A stretch of 61,069 bases of DNA, the filler included. It is 5 parts of 5 records of this genome, joined end to end, with 100 filler letters (N's around TTAATTAATTAA, not from the genome) between each part and the next. Parts side by side here need not be neighbours in the genome. Positions count along the whole stretch, not along the records: positions 1 to 16,827 come from SRR20825010_6770; 4 more parts are not named here. One strand, 5' to 3'. Shown piece after piece: positions 1 to 9,454 of this stretch. The stretch's first letter is position 1, and each line of letters opens with the position of its first letter. A program made the translations under genes and the position numbers. The notes beneath the pieces were generated by a model. It had not been told where the DNA came from. It saw only the letters and a list, made by a program, of their open reading frames with translations, and did not search any database.

Positions 1-365
1 ACACGAAAGGCCCGTTTACCTTCTTTTGTTTTTGTTGAAACAATTCCATGATTGATCAAAACCGATTTAGGGAAGACGAAATGTCCCAATCGATTTTCGG
101 TTTTCACGTTTACAACAAAGAAGTCTATTGGATCTGACTCGGCAAAGGGTTCAATGGGGCCATTTGCACTTCGTTTCCAAAAGGTAACGAATAGTCCCAT
201 TTTTTTTGGTGTTGCCTTGGCTTCTCTACTCACAACCCTTCGTCCATCCAGTTTGAATCGGCAGGCATTGTATGCTTTGCTTTCCGGTTCTTCGGCGAAA
301 TCAGCAATTGTAAAACCGCAATGGTCGTAAATAGTCTCTCTTAGTTCAGATAGTATGTTACTCAA
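1..365 (-). CDS. MepB family protein (partial, runs off window start; not in ORF track)
   Basis: Manual translation from TTG at 365: LSNILSELRETIYDHCGFTIADFAEEPESKAYNACRFKLDGRRVVSREAKATPKKMGLFVTFWKRSANGPIEPF...GHFVFPKSVLINHGIVSTKTKEGKRAFRV. The AKxTPxKxGxFVTxWKR and GKRAFRV motifs are characteristic of MepB. Confidence 0.8.
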   Translation of the reverse strand, partial: MSNILSELRETIYDHCGFTIADFAEEPESKAYNACRFKLDGRRVVSREAKATPKKMGLFVTFWKRSANGPIEPFAESDPIDFFVVNVKTENRLGHFVFPKSVLINHGIVSTKTKEGKRAFR

Positions 366-367
366 CC

Positions 368-1723
368 TTATTTCTTCTTGTTGCGGTTGTTGAAGTTTTT
401 GTCACCTCGGGTTCTTGGTTTTTTATATTTGTGCACGATCTCTCTCCGATATTTTCCACCCAGATTCACCTTTTTGTTTTTTTCTTTTTTCTCGTGGAAG
501 GCAGCTCCTGGAGCATTCGGATCCAGTTTTTTGTGTGGCCCGGTGAACTCGATCACCTTTGGTCGCTCATCCGGGGTAAGTTCCTTCGACACTTCCACTT
601 CTTCCGGGAACGGCAACTCGGGAATCTCGGTAGCCATCAATAGCTCGATGTTTTCCTTGGCTTCTTCCTCGCTTTCGGTATAAAACAAAATGGTTTTTCC
701 TTCTTCTTCCGCACGTCCCGTTCTACCGATGCGATGCATGTAGTTTTCCGGGAACGCAGGTGTATCGAAGTTGATTACATGGCTGATTTTATCAAGATCT
801 AATCCACGGGCCATCACGTCCGTAGCGATCATGATCCGGTTCCTTCCTTCGTCAAACTGTTTTACTGAGCGAATTCGGTAATTCTGTGATTTATTTGAAT
901 GAATGATGCACATTTCACCCCCGTATCGCTCTTCGAGCGTGGTGAACAATCGATCCGCATTCTTTTTCTGCGAAACGAAAACCAGTACTTTTCGGAATTC
1001 CTCTTTGTCTTCCAAAAGATGACTGAGCAGGTTTACTTTCGTATAAAAATTTTGAACAGGATAACAGAGTTGCGCGATGTTGTCCAGCGGTGTTCCACTT
1101 ACGGCAATGGAAATTTTGGTTGGCCCGGTGAAAAAATCGTCGATCATCGTGTCTACATCTTCCGTCATAGTGGCTGAAAACATGATGTTTTGTCTTTTTT
1201 CCGGTAGGAGTTCCAGGATGTTGGTCAACTGAAAGCGAAAGCCCAGATCGAGCATCACGTCCACTTCGTCTATCACCAGTTTCTTAATTTCCTTCAGTTG
1301 CAAATCCCGGCTGAGCACCAGATCATAAAAACGTCCCGGTGTAGCTACCAGAATATCCATACCCTCAGCCACGATTTTCCTTTGGGTGTTGATGTTCGCT
1401 CCTCCGTAGATGCCCAATGTCCGCACATTCATATAGGTGGTCAGGCTTTGGACCTGCTCCACGACCTGCACCACCAATTCTCTGGTAGGAACCAGAATAA
1501 GCACACGAGGGTGGATCTGATTGGAAAATTTCAATTCACGAAGGATTGGCAGCAGGTAGGCAAGGGTTTTTCCCGTTCCAGTTTGCGCAATACCAACAAT
1601 GTCTTTGCCCGAAAGTATGACCGGATAAGCTTCGTTTTGTATCGGTGTTGGCCTTTCAAAACCAAGATCTTGGATAGCGTTAAAGAGTGGTTTGGTCAGG
1701 TTAAAATCTTCGAAAGTATTCAT
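368..1723 (-). CDS. DEAD/DEAH-box RNA helicase
   Basis: Q motif (GFERPTPIQ), AQTGTGKT, PTRELV, TPGR, DEVD, SAT, ARGLD, HRIGRTGR; basic C-terminal tail. Confidence 0.95.
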   Translation of the reverse strand: MNTFEDFNLTKPLFNAIQDLGFERPTPIQNEAYPVILSGKDIVGIAQTGTGKTLAYLLPILRELKFSNQIHPRVLILVPTRELVVQVVEQVQSLTTYMNVRTLGIYGGANINTQRKIVAEGMDILVATPGRFYDLVLSRDLQLKEIKKLVIDEVDVMLDLGFRFQLTNILELLPEKRQNIMFSATMTEDVDTMIDDFFTGPTKISIAVSGTPLDNIAQLCYPVQNFYTKVNLLSHLLEDKEEFRKVLVFVSQKKNADRLFTTLEERYGGEMCIIHSNKSQNYRIRSVKQFDEGRNRIMIATDVMARGLDLDKISHVINFDTPAFPENYMHRIGRTGRAEEEGKTILFYTESEEEAKENIELLMATEIPELPFPEEVEVSKELTPDERPKVIEFTGPHKKLDPNAPGAAFHEKKEKNKKVNLGGKYRREIVHKYKKPRTRGDKNFNNRNKKK

Positions 1724-1742
1724 TGGGTGCGTTTCTACACCG

Positions 1743-1750
1743 CAAAAGTA
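1743..1750 (-). promoter_or_regulatory. Bacteroidota sigma70 -7 element (TACTTTTG) upstream of the helicase
   Basis: Matches TAnnTTTG about 20 nt upstream of the ATG at 1723. Confidence 0.5.
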
Positions 1751-1756
1751 AGAAGA

Positions 1757-2647
1757 TTAATCTTGGCTGGTCGATTCTTTAAGCAAGGCGAGCTGCTGTA
1801 TGGCATTTTCATTTCCTTCGTCGAGCTCCAAAACTTTCTCGTAATTTGAGATGGCTTCACCATTTCTACCAGCCATCATCAAGGCTTCTGCATAGCTGTC
1901 GAACACGTTGGGATTGTCACGAAAGAAAAGCGTGTTGAAGCGAAAAACGACCAAAGCTTCATCGATTCTGCCTGAACGGAGGTAAACATAGCCGAGCGTG
2001 TTCAATTCCTTTGGTTTGCCAACCAAACTAAAAGTAGCATTGATGTGGGTCTTAAAATTCGCTCTTATTTCCTCATTCGTTGTTGTGTTCAAAAGCTTGA
2101 TCATGTATGAAGCGGCTTTGTAGCTGGGTTCTGAGGGGTAGCCTAACGCAATTTGTGCAACATCTGTTTCCAGATCGTTGACAGGAAACTCTACAATTCG
2201 CGCATATTCCTGGCCTTCTTTTTTGAAAATGAATGTAGGAACCCGGTGAATGTCTTTTCCTTTCTCCTCACCATTTGGCCCTTGCTTATACTTTTCTGTT
2301 CCATCGTATAGGGCTATGAAGTGGAGTTGGTCTTGACTCAAACCCAGCTCCTCCCAAAGTTTCACGAATTTTGGCATCCAGTTTTTGCTATCTCCGCACC
2401 AGGTGCCGATGTAAATATCTACCTCCGTTCCTCTTAAGTTTTTAGACCATTTATGGCCTTTGGCCGATAGGGAAAAAGCATCGTAGTTTTCCTGATACCA
2501 TTCTGAAAAAGGGTCTGCCTGCAGGTCGGCAAGAGAAAAAGGGCCACACAAATGTGTTTGATCTTTGTTGTTTTGGTAGGTTTGAGCCTTTTGGCCAACG
2601 ACGATTGTGGCGATAGACATTGTCAGAATAAGCAAGCTGTTTTTCAT
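1757..2647 (-). CDS. Exported thioredoxin-fold (WCGDS) protein with C-terminal TPR
   Basis: Signal peptide; GTWCGDSK and RVPTFIF thioredoxin-like motifs; TPR-like LNTLGYVYL...NVFDSYAEAL...AISNYEKVLELD. Confidence 0.75.
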   Translation of the reverse strand: MKNSLLILTMSIATIVVGQKAQTYQNNKDQTHLCGPFSLADLQADPFSEWYQENYDAFSLSAKGHKWSKNLRGTEVDIYIGTWCGDSKNWMPKFVKLWEELGLSQDQLHFIALYDGTEKYKQGPNGEEKGKDIHRVPTFIFKKEGQEYARIVEFPVNDLETDVAQIALGYPSEPSYKAASYMIKLLNTTTNEEIRANFKTHINATFSLVGKPKELNTLGYVYLRSGRIDEALVVFRFNTLFFRDNPNVFDSYAEALMMAGRNGEAISNYEKVLELDEGNENAIQQLALLKESTSQD

Positions 2648-2758
2648 ATCGAGTAAAGGTTTTCGATGGGTTAAACTTACGATATAGTTTCTTTTAACGC
2701 TGTTAATGAAGTGTTAAAGCCCTTCAAACAAGATTTCCTGACTGAAAAATAACTGAAC

Positions 2759-3520
2759 CTAAAGGATTTGACTGGTTATTTCCATCGTTTCTGTATCAAC
2801 CATCAGGATACCCTCGCTTTGTCCGTCCAGTTGTCTTAGAAGTACACCTTCTTTGTTCCATATTGCCGTGCCACCGGCACTTTCAAAATTGTCACTAGGG
2901 CCCACGGAGTTGGACATCAATACAAGCATATTGTATTTTTTGGCTATTTCCGAAAGGGTGTTCGAGGCTTTTTCAACCCCCTCTCGTGATTTTGCAACAC
3001 TTGCGATGTAGATTTTTGCCCCTCTTTCAAATGCATCTTGTGAATGCTCAGGGATGGATAGTTCGTAACAAATGGCAAGTGCAATTTCTGAGTTTATCCC
3101 AATTGCTCGAATCGAGCTTTTGCCATTGACGAAAAAGGGATACTCATCCTGATGCAAATAGTGTTTGGAGTAAACCTGTCGTGGTGACATTGGTTGAAAA
3201 ATCAGCATACTAATGGTGATCCCAGCCTCCTCTTTGAGCGGAATTCCTACTCCAATAACAATACCGTTTTTGTCACTTAGTTCTTTGAAAATACTGAAAC
3301 GTGAATCATTTATGGAAGTAGCAAGGCTACTGGCCAATTCAGGCTCATAGCCGGTGAGGGACAATTCTGGAAAAATGATTGTTTTGACCCGATGCGAAAT
3401 GGCGAGTTCAATTAGCCTTTGATGAGCATTGATATTGGCTTCAATGTTCCCACCAAAGGGTCGTGTTTGTGCTACACAGATTATGCTTTGTTTGGTTGCT
3501 GTGGGCGTAAAACCGCTCAT
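2759..3520 (-). CDS. Carbon-nitrogen hydrolase (nitrilase superfamily)
   Basis: Glu-Lys-Cys triad motifs FPELSLTGY, YSKHYLH, AICYE. Confidence 0.9.
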   Translation of the reverse strand: MSGFTPTATKQSIICVAQTRPFGGNIEANINAHQRLIELAISHRVKTIIFPELSLTGYEPELASSLATSINDSRFSIFKELSDKNGIVIGVGIPLKEEAGITISMLIFQPMSPRQVYSKHYLHQDEYPFFVNGKSSIRAIGINSEIALAICYELSIPEHSQDAFERGAKIYIASVAKSREGVEKASNTLSEIAKKYNMLVLMSNSVGPSDNFESAGGTAIWNKEGVLLRQLDGQSEGILMVDTETMEITSQIL

Positions 3521-3540
3521 TAATTAAGATTTGAAGATAA

Positions 3541-5352
3541 CTATACAGAAGCAATTTGTTGAGAATCTAGCACTTTTAGGGTAACAACAAAAGTGGTTCC
3601 CTTTTCAGAACTATCTTCTACCCATATAGCACCACCGTGTAATTCGGCGATTTTTCGACATATGGCTAAACCGATTCCAATGCCATTTTCATCGTTCTTC
3701 TTAAGGCGACTGAACATTTTGAAAACTTCATCCTGATCTTCTTTTGTTCTTATTCCAATTCCATTATCCGATACTCTGAACTCGTGAAAATCCGCCTTCC
3801 GTTCATAGCTGATCTGGATCACCGGTGCTCTGTCAGTTTTTCGGTATTTTATAGCGTTAGAAATAAGGTTTTGGAAAACCTGGGTCAATTCAAGCTTATA
3901 GGCATAGATAACCGGAAGTTCTGCGAAGCGGACGGTTGCTTCGCTTGATACAATGGAGGATTGAAGATCCAGAAGGATGTTTTCCACCAAGTCGTCACAA
4001 TCGGTGAGTACCAGTTCGGAATTTCTGCCTGTTACGGCATAATCAAGAACACTTTTAGTAAGTCGTTCCATTCTATCCGAACATTCCAGAATGAAATCAA
4101 TGTACTTTTGAAATTTTCCGTCGATGGGTTGGCTCGTGTATACTTCCAACGTTTTTGTTACACCTCGTATGGTGGCCAGAGGCTCTCTAAGGTCGTGGGA
4201 GGCAATGCGAATAAAGCTTTCAAGCTCTTCGTTTTTGGCAGCCAAAAGTTGTTTAGTTTCCTGTATGTTCCTCAGGTTTCTTTTTAAGGCTTCATTTGTG
4301 TCGATTGTTTTGATCCTTAGCCTTGTAACCCACAGGGTCATAATCAAAAGCAGGAGTGCGATTGTGCCTAAAAACAGGAGAGGTCGATGTGATGCGATTT
4401 TTTGATTAAGAAGCGTATTATTTAAATGTGCTACCAGAATTTTCTCGCGATTTGTGGGGCTCGAAATGTTTGTGGAGTGGTTGGTATTGAAACGCTCAAT
4501 CAATTTGTTGTAGTTTAATTTTTTAAAAACAAAGATGCCATTGTCAGATAGAAAGTGACCCGATTGCTCCCGTGAGATTTTTTCCCATGCCTCAGGAAAG
4601 TGGATGCCCATTTTTTCATTTTTCAGACTGTCGAAATGAAAGCCATAGGCGGTAATTTGGCTTTGCTTGTTCAGTGCGTACCCACCAGTGTCAAGTAAAT
4701 AGAAGTTGAAGTCTGATTGTTGCGTAATGCTCAGTTTTTCCAATTGAGTGAGTAAGGATTTTGGGTCACTATTTATGACGAGCAATCCGGCTTTCTGATT
4801 TTGTGAATCAAAGAGTGGGGATACGAACCTCAGGGCAGGCCGCAGCGGAACCTGGATGGCTCCATGCTCCATATTGAGATCAAAAGATGAAATGTAAATC
4901 TCGTTATTCGACAATTCCTTACCTTTCTGATAATAATCACGATGGCTTTTATTCTGGAGCTTCTCCTGACTTATGACATGTGCTTTTCTATCATAAAAAT
5001 CCACTCGGATGGTTTCCATGCCCGTGGTATCCAGCAGTCGAATCTGGTGATAACGTGACGCCTGCGAAAACTGAAAGAATTCCTCAGTAAGTGATTTTCT
5101 AAGTTCTTCTTCGTTGGTAGATTTATTGAATTCCAGCAGCTTGGAGATGAAATAGCTATCTGCCAGCGTGGACTCAATGTAGTTCTCTACCAACTCCACC
5201 CTGAGGTCAAGTCCTTTTTCATATTCCAGAATTAATTCTGAAATTTTCTTCTCTCGTTGGCTTTGATCTAAAAAATACACCAAAATACCAAAGAGAAGAA
5301 TCACCGGAATAAAAGAAAGTAAGAAATAACCAAGCGATTGGATAACTTTCAT
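3541..5352 (-). CDS. Membrane sensor histidine kinase with Cache-like periplasmic domain
   Basis: Two TM segments; HQIRLLDTTGMETIRVD and LQNKSHRDYY sensor motifs; H-box ASHDLREPL, N-box QNLISNAIKY, G-boxes DNGIGI and GIGLAIC. Confidence 0.9.
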   Translation of the reverse strand: MKVIQSLGYFLLSFIPVILLFGILVYFLDQSQREKKISELILEYEKGLDLRVELVENYIESTLADSYFISKLLEFNKSTNEEELRKSLTEEFFQFSQASRYHQIRLLDTTGMETIRVDFYDRKAHVISQEKLQNKSHRDYYQKGKELSNNEIYISSFDLNMEHGAIQVPLRPALRFVSPLFDSQNQKAGLLVINSDPKSLLTQLEKLSITQQSDFNFYLLDTGGYALNKQSQITAYGFHFDSLKNEKMGIHFPEAWEKISREQSGHFLSDNGIFVFKKLNYNKLIERFNTNHSTNISSPTNREKILVAHLNNTLLNQKIASHRPLLFLGTIALLLLIMTLWVTRLRIKTIDTNEALKRNLRNIQETKQLLAAKNEELESFIRIASHDLREPLATIRGVTKTLEVYTSQPIDGKFQKYIDFILECSDRMERLTKSVLDYAVTGRNSELVLTDCDDLVENILLDLQSSIVSSEATVRFAELPVIYAYKLELTQVFQNLISNAIKYRKTDRAPVIQISYERKADFHEFRVSDNGIGIRTKEDQDEVFKMFSRLKKNDENGIGIGLAICRKIAELHGGAIWVEDSSEKGTTFVVTLKVLDSQQIASV

Positions 5353-5500
5353 CGAGTAGCAATAGAATTTAGCAAGAAAAGGTAGTTAAATTCTATTATA
5401 TTTTTTCAAACAACGACTTTATTTTTACGCTCTCTGAATTTTTTTACTGTAGTACCCTGTTTGCACATAATCCGATCACGAACCTTTTCCATCGTTGAAA

Positions 5501-6292
5501 TTACATAATTGGAGCAGCGGAAGAAGGGAGATCGTCTCGCCAGAGTTCTTTTTTCAAAAGGAAATTGGGGTCTGGGTTTTTCAGGGAATTAAGTATGCTG
5601 CTTTTGATTGCAGGATTATCTGCCTGTAGGTTAGCTACAAGTTGCTTAATATAGTTTCTTTTCATTCCTTCTTGCGAGCCACAGAGGTTGCAGGGCACGA
5701 TCGGCCAATTCTGGATTTCAGCAAAGTCAGCAAGAAGTTTTTCCTCCAACGAATAGAGCGGACGGATCACGTTTATTCCTTTCTTATCTGTTTGGTAGTG
5801 AGGAGCCATGGAAGCCAACTGGCCTGAATAGAAAGTATTCATAAGAAATGTTTCAATCAGATCGTCCAGATGATGGCCCAACGCAATTTTATTGCAGCCC
5901 ATTTTTTGCGCGAGATCATATAAAACCCCTCGTCTGAGGCGGCTGCAAAGCGAGCAATACGTTTTGCCCGACTTCACTTTGTCTACTACGATGGAGTAGG
6001 TGTCGCGGTACTCAACGTGGTATGGCACCTCCCAATTTTTAAATAATTCAGGTAATATGTGATCGGGAAAACCGGGCTGTCCCTGATCCAGATTTACAGC
6101 GATATACTCAAAGTTAATCGGTGCTTTTTTCTGAAATTCTTTAATAAAATGGAGCATACACAGGCTGTCTTTGCCCCCACTCACAGCCACGAGAATTTTG
6201 TCGTTTTCACGGATCATGTCGAAATCGGCAATGGCCTTGCCTATTTCCTTATTAATTTTGTCGTAAAGCTTTTTCTCTTTCAGGTCTTTCAA
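5501..6292 (-). CDS. ttcA: tRNA 2-thiocytidine(32) synthetase
   Basis: PP-loop SGGKDS, NLDQGQPGFP, CSLCSRLRRG, GHHLDD, PCNLCGSQ. Confidence 0.92.
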   Translation of the reverse strand: MKDLKEKKLYDKINKEIGKAIADFDMIRENDKILVAVSGGKDSLCMLHFIKEFQKKAPINFEYIAVNLDQGQPGFPDHILPELFKNWEVPYHVEYRDTYSIVVDKVKSGKTYCSLCSRLRRGVLYDLAQKMGCNKIALGHHLDDLIETFLMNTFYSGQLASMAPHYQTDKKGINVIRPLYSLEEKLLADFAEIQNWPIVPCNLCGSQEGMKRNYIKQLVANLQADNPAIKSSILNSLKNPDPNFLLKKELWRDDLPSSAAPIM

Positions 6293-6383
6293 AACATCCG
6301 CTTTTTATTGGGATGCAAATATGGCGGAATCCTGCTTAAAATAATTTGGGCTCATGTGAGTTTGATCGCATGAGCCCGGATGT

Positions 6384-6719
6384 TTATGCCTTTTTATCGA
6401 GCATCAACAATTCATTTAGATTGATTTCGGTGACGTATTTTTTTACGCCATCTTTTTCATAAGATCGGTTGATCAGCTTGCCTTCAATGGCAATTTCACT
6501 TCCCTTCTTTACGTATTTCTCAACAATATCAACGGTTTTGCCCCAGACTACAATGTTGTGCCATTGCGTGTCTTCTACTTTTTCCCCCTTGTTGTTGATG
6601 TACTTTTCGTTTGTCGCCAGACTGAATGTGGCCATTCTTTTACCAGAATCAAAACTTCTGATTTCCGGATCGTTACCTAATCTGCCGATTAATTGCACGC
6701 TGTTTTTTAATGATGTCAT
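6384..6719 (-). CDS. ssb: Single-stranded DNA-binding protein (short, OB-fold only, no acidic C-terminal tail)
   Basis: NSVQLIGRLGNDPE, FSLATNE, TQWHNIVVWGK, KGSEIAIEGKL; ends LMLDKKA without a DDLPF-type tail. Confidence 0.93.
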   Translation of the reverse strand: MTSLKNSVQLIGRLGNDPEIRSFDSGKRMATFSLATNEKYINNKGEKVEDTQWHNIVVWGKTVDIVEKYVKKGSEIAIEGKLINRSYEKDGVKKYVTEINLNELLMLDKKA

Positions 6720-6810
6720 GTTTGTAATGTTTACTGTTAAAGAAAGAGTCTCTGATTGGCAGATGACTTTTGTCGATTGACATTACAAAGGAAGGGGCAG
6801 AACAAAACGG

Positions 6811-6860
6811 TATTCGGTAGGCAAACGCTTATAGTCGTTTATAAGCGTTGGCAAACGGGT
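6811..6860. promoter_or_regulatory. Phased CG-box array with internal inverted repeat upstream of ssb
   Basis: TATTCGGTAG GCAAACGCTT ATAGTCGTTT ATAAGCGTTG GCAAACGGGT: CG at 6815, 6826, 6836, 6846, 6856. Perfect inverted repeat AACGCTTATA-N6-TATAAGCGTT (6824-6849). Confidence 0.6.
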
Positions 6861-6920
6861 AACATGCAGAAAAACAATGAGTTGTGATTCGCTACAAAAA
6901 AAGAATACGACAAATGAAAC

Positions 6921-7046
6921 TTAGTGTTTGAAATATCTAAATCTTCCTTGTCTTCTCATGAGGAATTTCCAAATGCTCACACCAATATCGTGTAGGGCAT
7001 ACTCTAAAATGTTCAAGAGATTTTTAGCGTGGTTGGGCTTTGCCAT
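6921..7046 (-). CDS. Candidate 41-aa small protein
   Basis: ATG...TAA frame encoding MAKPNHAKNLLNILEYALHDIGVSIWKFLMRRQGRFRYFKH; A-rich upstream context; fills an otherwise empty intergenic gap. Confidence 0.4.
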   Translation of the reverse strand: MAKPNHAKNLLNILEYALHDIGVSIWKFLMRRQGRFRYFKH

Positions 7047-7209
7047 CTTGTTATAGTTTACTTGTCTAATAGTTTGGTGCATTTAAGGTAGTAAAAAAAC
7101 AAGGAAGGGGGAAATTATTTCCGACGAACAAGGTTATTTATCGATGAACAGGATATTAATATTTTGAATAGATTAGCAGAAGAGTAAATCCACTGTGAGC
7201 TATAAAAGT

Positions 7210-7569
7210 ATGGATACGAAAACCTGTCTTGAGTGTGGCAGCTCCTTTTTCGGGAGGGCAGACAAAAAATTTTGTTCGGATGCATGTCGCAATGCCTACA
7301 ACAATAAAGTAAATGCGACTGATGAGACGTCCATGAAGCGGATAAATAGAATTTTACGGAAAAACAGGCAGATTCTAAACGAGTTGAACCCTGAAGATAA
7401 AACCAAATTGACATTGGATAAGCTGGCAAAAAAAGGCTTTGATTTTGATTTCATCACCAGCAATCATGTTACCAAGGAAGGAAAGGAATATCGCTTTTGT
7501 TACGAACAAGGCTATCTGAAGTTGGGAGAAAATTTTGTTCTTCTGGTAAAGCGAACATTGGAAGACTGA
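7210..7569 (+). CDS. Conserved Bacteroidota Zn-ribbon hypothetical protein
   Basis: CLECG...GRADKKFCSDACRNAYNN (CxxC...CxxxC), INRILRKN, KGFDF, YRFCYEQGY. The ATG at 7210 is preferred over the GTG at 7195. Confidence 0.8.
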   Translation: MDTKTCLECGSSFFGRADKKFCSDACRNAYNNKVNATDETSMKRINRILRKNRQILNELNPEDKTKLTLDKLAKKGFDFDFITSNHVTKEGKEYRFCYEQGYLKLGENFVLLVKRTLED

Positions 7570-7669
7570 AAGGCTATTTATTTTCTAAAAAATGCCAACT
7601 TGTTTTGGAAGACTCTATAAATAATGACAAAGGCCGTCCTAATACAGCCATTATACTTTCTTAGTTCTT

Positions 7670-7677
7670 TATATTTG
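7670..7677 (+). promoter_or_regulatory. Bacteroidota -7 element (TATATTTG)
   Basis: Matches TAnnTTTG 16 nt before the ATG at 7694. Confidence 0.5.
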
Positions 7678-7693
7678 GTTTCACCGTTAGCAA

Positions 7694-9454
7694 ATGAGTA
7701 CGTCAGATACCCGGATTCAGCATATTTCAGATTTACTGCTTGATGCGTATGAGAGTCGCGTGAGCGATGTGCCGAAGAGTATTGACCTCACCGAGGAAGC
7801 ACTTCGGCTGAGCAAAGAGCTCAGTTGTCAGGAGTACATAGCCAGGAGCTATTCCCACCTCTCACTTTTCCACATGATCCTTGGAGATTATGATGAGTCT
7901 ATGCGACAGGCTGAATTGGCTATTAGCATTTACAGTGATTTGGGTGATGACAGAGGCGTGGCGGATGCCATGTACAATGTGGCTGGCATTTATTATAAAA
8001 CGAACAATTTTCATTCTGGGCTTATTTATCTGGTGGACTGTCTGGCCATCTACAAAAGGCATCATGATTTTCACAATCAGGCGCGGGTATTGAAATCACT
8101 CGGAACAATTTACGAGTACTTCGGAGACCGAACGAGCGCCATAGAATCCTATCTTGGGGCCGTGGAATTCGGAAAAAAAGCGGGGGACAAAAACCTGCAA
8201 AGCAACGCCTACAATCCGCTTTCGGGTATTTACCTCAATCGAAATCAGATCGAAAGAGCAATGGAAACGATCAAGTTGTCCATCCAAATGAAGAAGGAAA
8301 CCGGTGATACGCGAGGGCTGGCTTTCGCCATTTATGGACGAGCTAAGGTCTTTGCCAAAATGGGTGATTTTGAAAAAGCTGAAAAGGATTACTTTGAATC
8401 CTTGGCTATACATGAAAAGATGGGCGAAAAATTGGGGCGGGGCATGGTACTGAATAAACTTGGCGCCTTGTATGTGGAAATGGGCGAATTGAAGAAGGCA
8501 AGGGAGCGGATCAATGAAGCTTTGGCTTATAGTATTGAGAGCCAAACGGCCTTTATCAAGTACAAAGCTTACCATCACTTGTATCTGATTTCCAAGAAGG
8601 AAAATAATCAGGCAGAGGCCCTTACTTTTCTGGAGGAATATCTGAATGAAAAGGAAAATGTGATCAATGCACAAACACATAAGATTATAGAAGCCTATCA
8701 GGTGATCTCAGAAAAACAAAATCTGGAACTAGAAGCTAAAACGCAAAAAGAAAAGGCGGACATCATCGAATCGAAGAATAGGGAACTCGATTCTTTTTTT
8801 TACAAAGTGTCCCATGATCTAAAGTCGCCAATAAGCTCTATTATCGGGCTGGACAACATCGTGAGGGAAAAGGTTACTGACAAGGAAGCGCTGGGCTACT
8901 TTGCTGTTTATAAAAAACAAGTCCATAGAATCAATAACATTCTGGACGAGTTAATGAAAATCACCAAAATCGATTATTACTCCGAAAAGAAGGAGCGGAT
9001 TGATTTTGATAGAATCATTCAGGAATGTATCCACTCGCTCGAATACCTGGAGAATTTTGACATGGTTCATTTTGATATCGAGGTGCCCGATCAGCTGGAC
9101 TTTTTCGCTCAGTGGACCCTGATCAACAGTATTCTGCAGAACTTGATTGAAAATGGGATTAAATATGCTGACCTAAACAAGGAGAAGTCGAAGGTGAGCA
9201 TTCACGTGCTCAAGGGAGCTGGGCAACTAACCATTACCGCCTCCGACAATGGAATTGGGATGGATGATGAAACGATCAGCCATATTTTTGACATGTTTTA
9301 TCGGGCCAATCATTCTTCAGAAGGTTCTGGTCTTGGACTTTATATCCTCAATCGAGCCGTGGAAAAGCTCAAAGGAAAAGTGGAGGTGCGAAGTGAAGTT
9401 GGTGAGGGTTCCACGGTCATTGTTCGCCTGCCGGGTTCCTGGTCTCTTCTTTAG
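7694..9454 (+). CDS. Soluble TPR-repeat sensor histidine kinase
   Basis: Multiple TPR-like repeats; H-box VSHDLKSPI, QNLIENGIKY, DNGIGM, GSGLGLYI; no TM segment evident. Confidence 0.9.
   Translation: MSTSDTRIQHISDLLLDAYESRVSDVPKSIDLTEEALRLSKELSCQEYIARSYSHLSLFHMILGDYDESMRQAELAISIYSDLGDDRGVADAMYNVAGIYYKTNNFHSGLIYLVDCLAIYKRHHDFHNQARVLKSLGTIYEYFGDRTSAIESYLGAVEFGKKAGDKNLQSNAYNPLSGIYLNRNQIERAMETIKLSIQMKKETGDTRGLAFAIYGRAKVFAKMGDFEKAEKDYFESLAIHEKMGEKLGRGMVLNKLGALYVEMGELKKARERINEALAYSIESQTAFIKYKAYHHLYLISKKENNQAEALTFLEEYLNEKENVINAQTHKIIEAYQVISEKQNLELEAKTQKEKADIIESKNRELDSFFYKVSHDLKSPISSIIGLDNIVREKVTDKEALGYFAVYKKQVHRINNILDELMKITKIDYYSEKKERIDFDRIIQECIHSLEYLENFDMVHFDIEVPDQLDFFAQWTLINSILQNLIENGIKYADLNKEKSKVSIHVLKGAGQLTITASDNGIGMDDETISHIFDMFYRANHSSEGSGLGLYILNRAVEKLKGKVEVRSEVGEGSTVIVRLPGSWSLL

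Noticed and set aside
52..330. 92-aa plus-strand ORF
   Set aside because: Antisense to the MepB-family gene, which has clear family motifs
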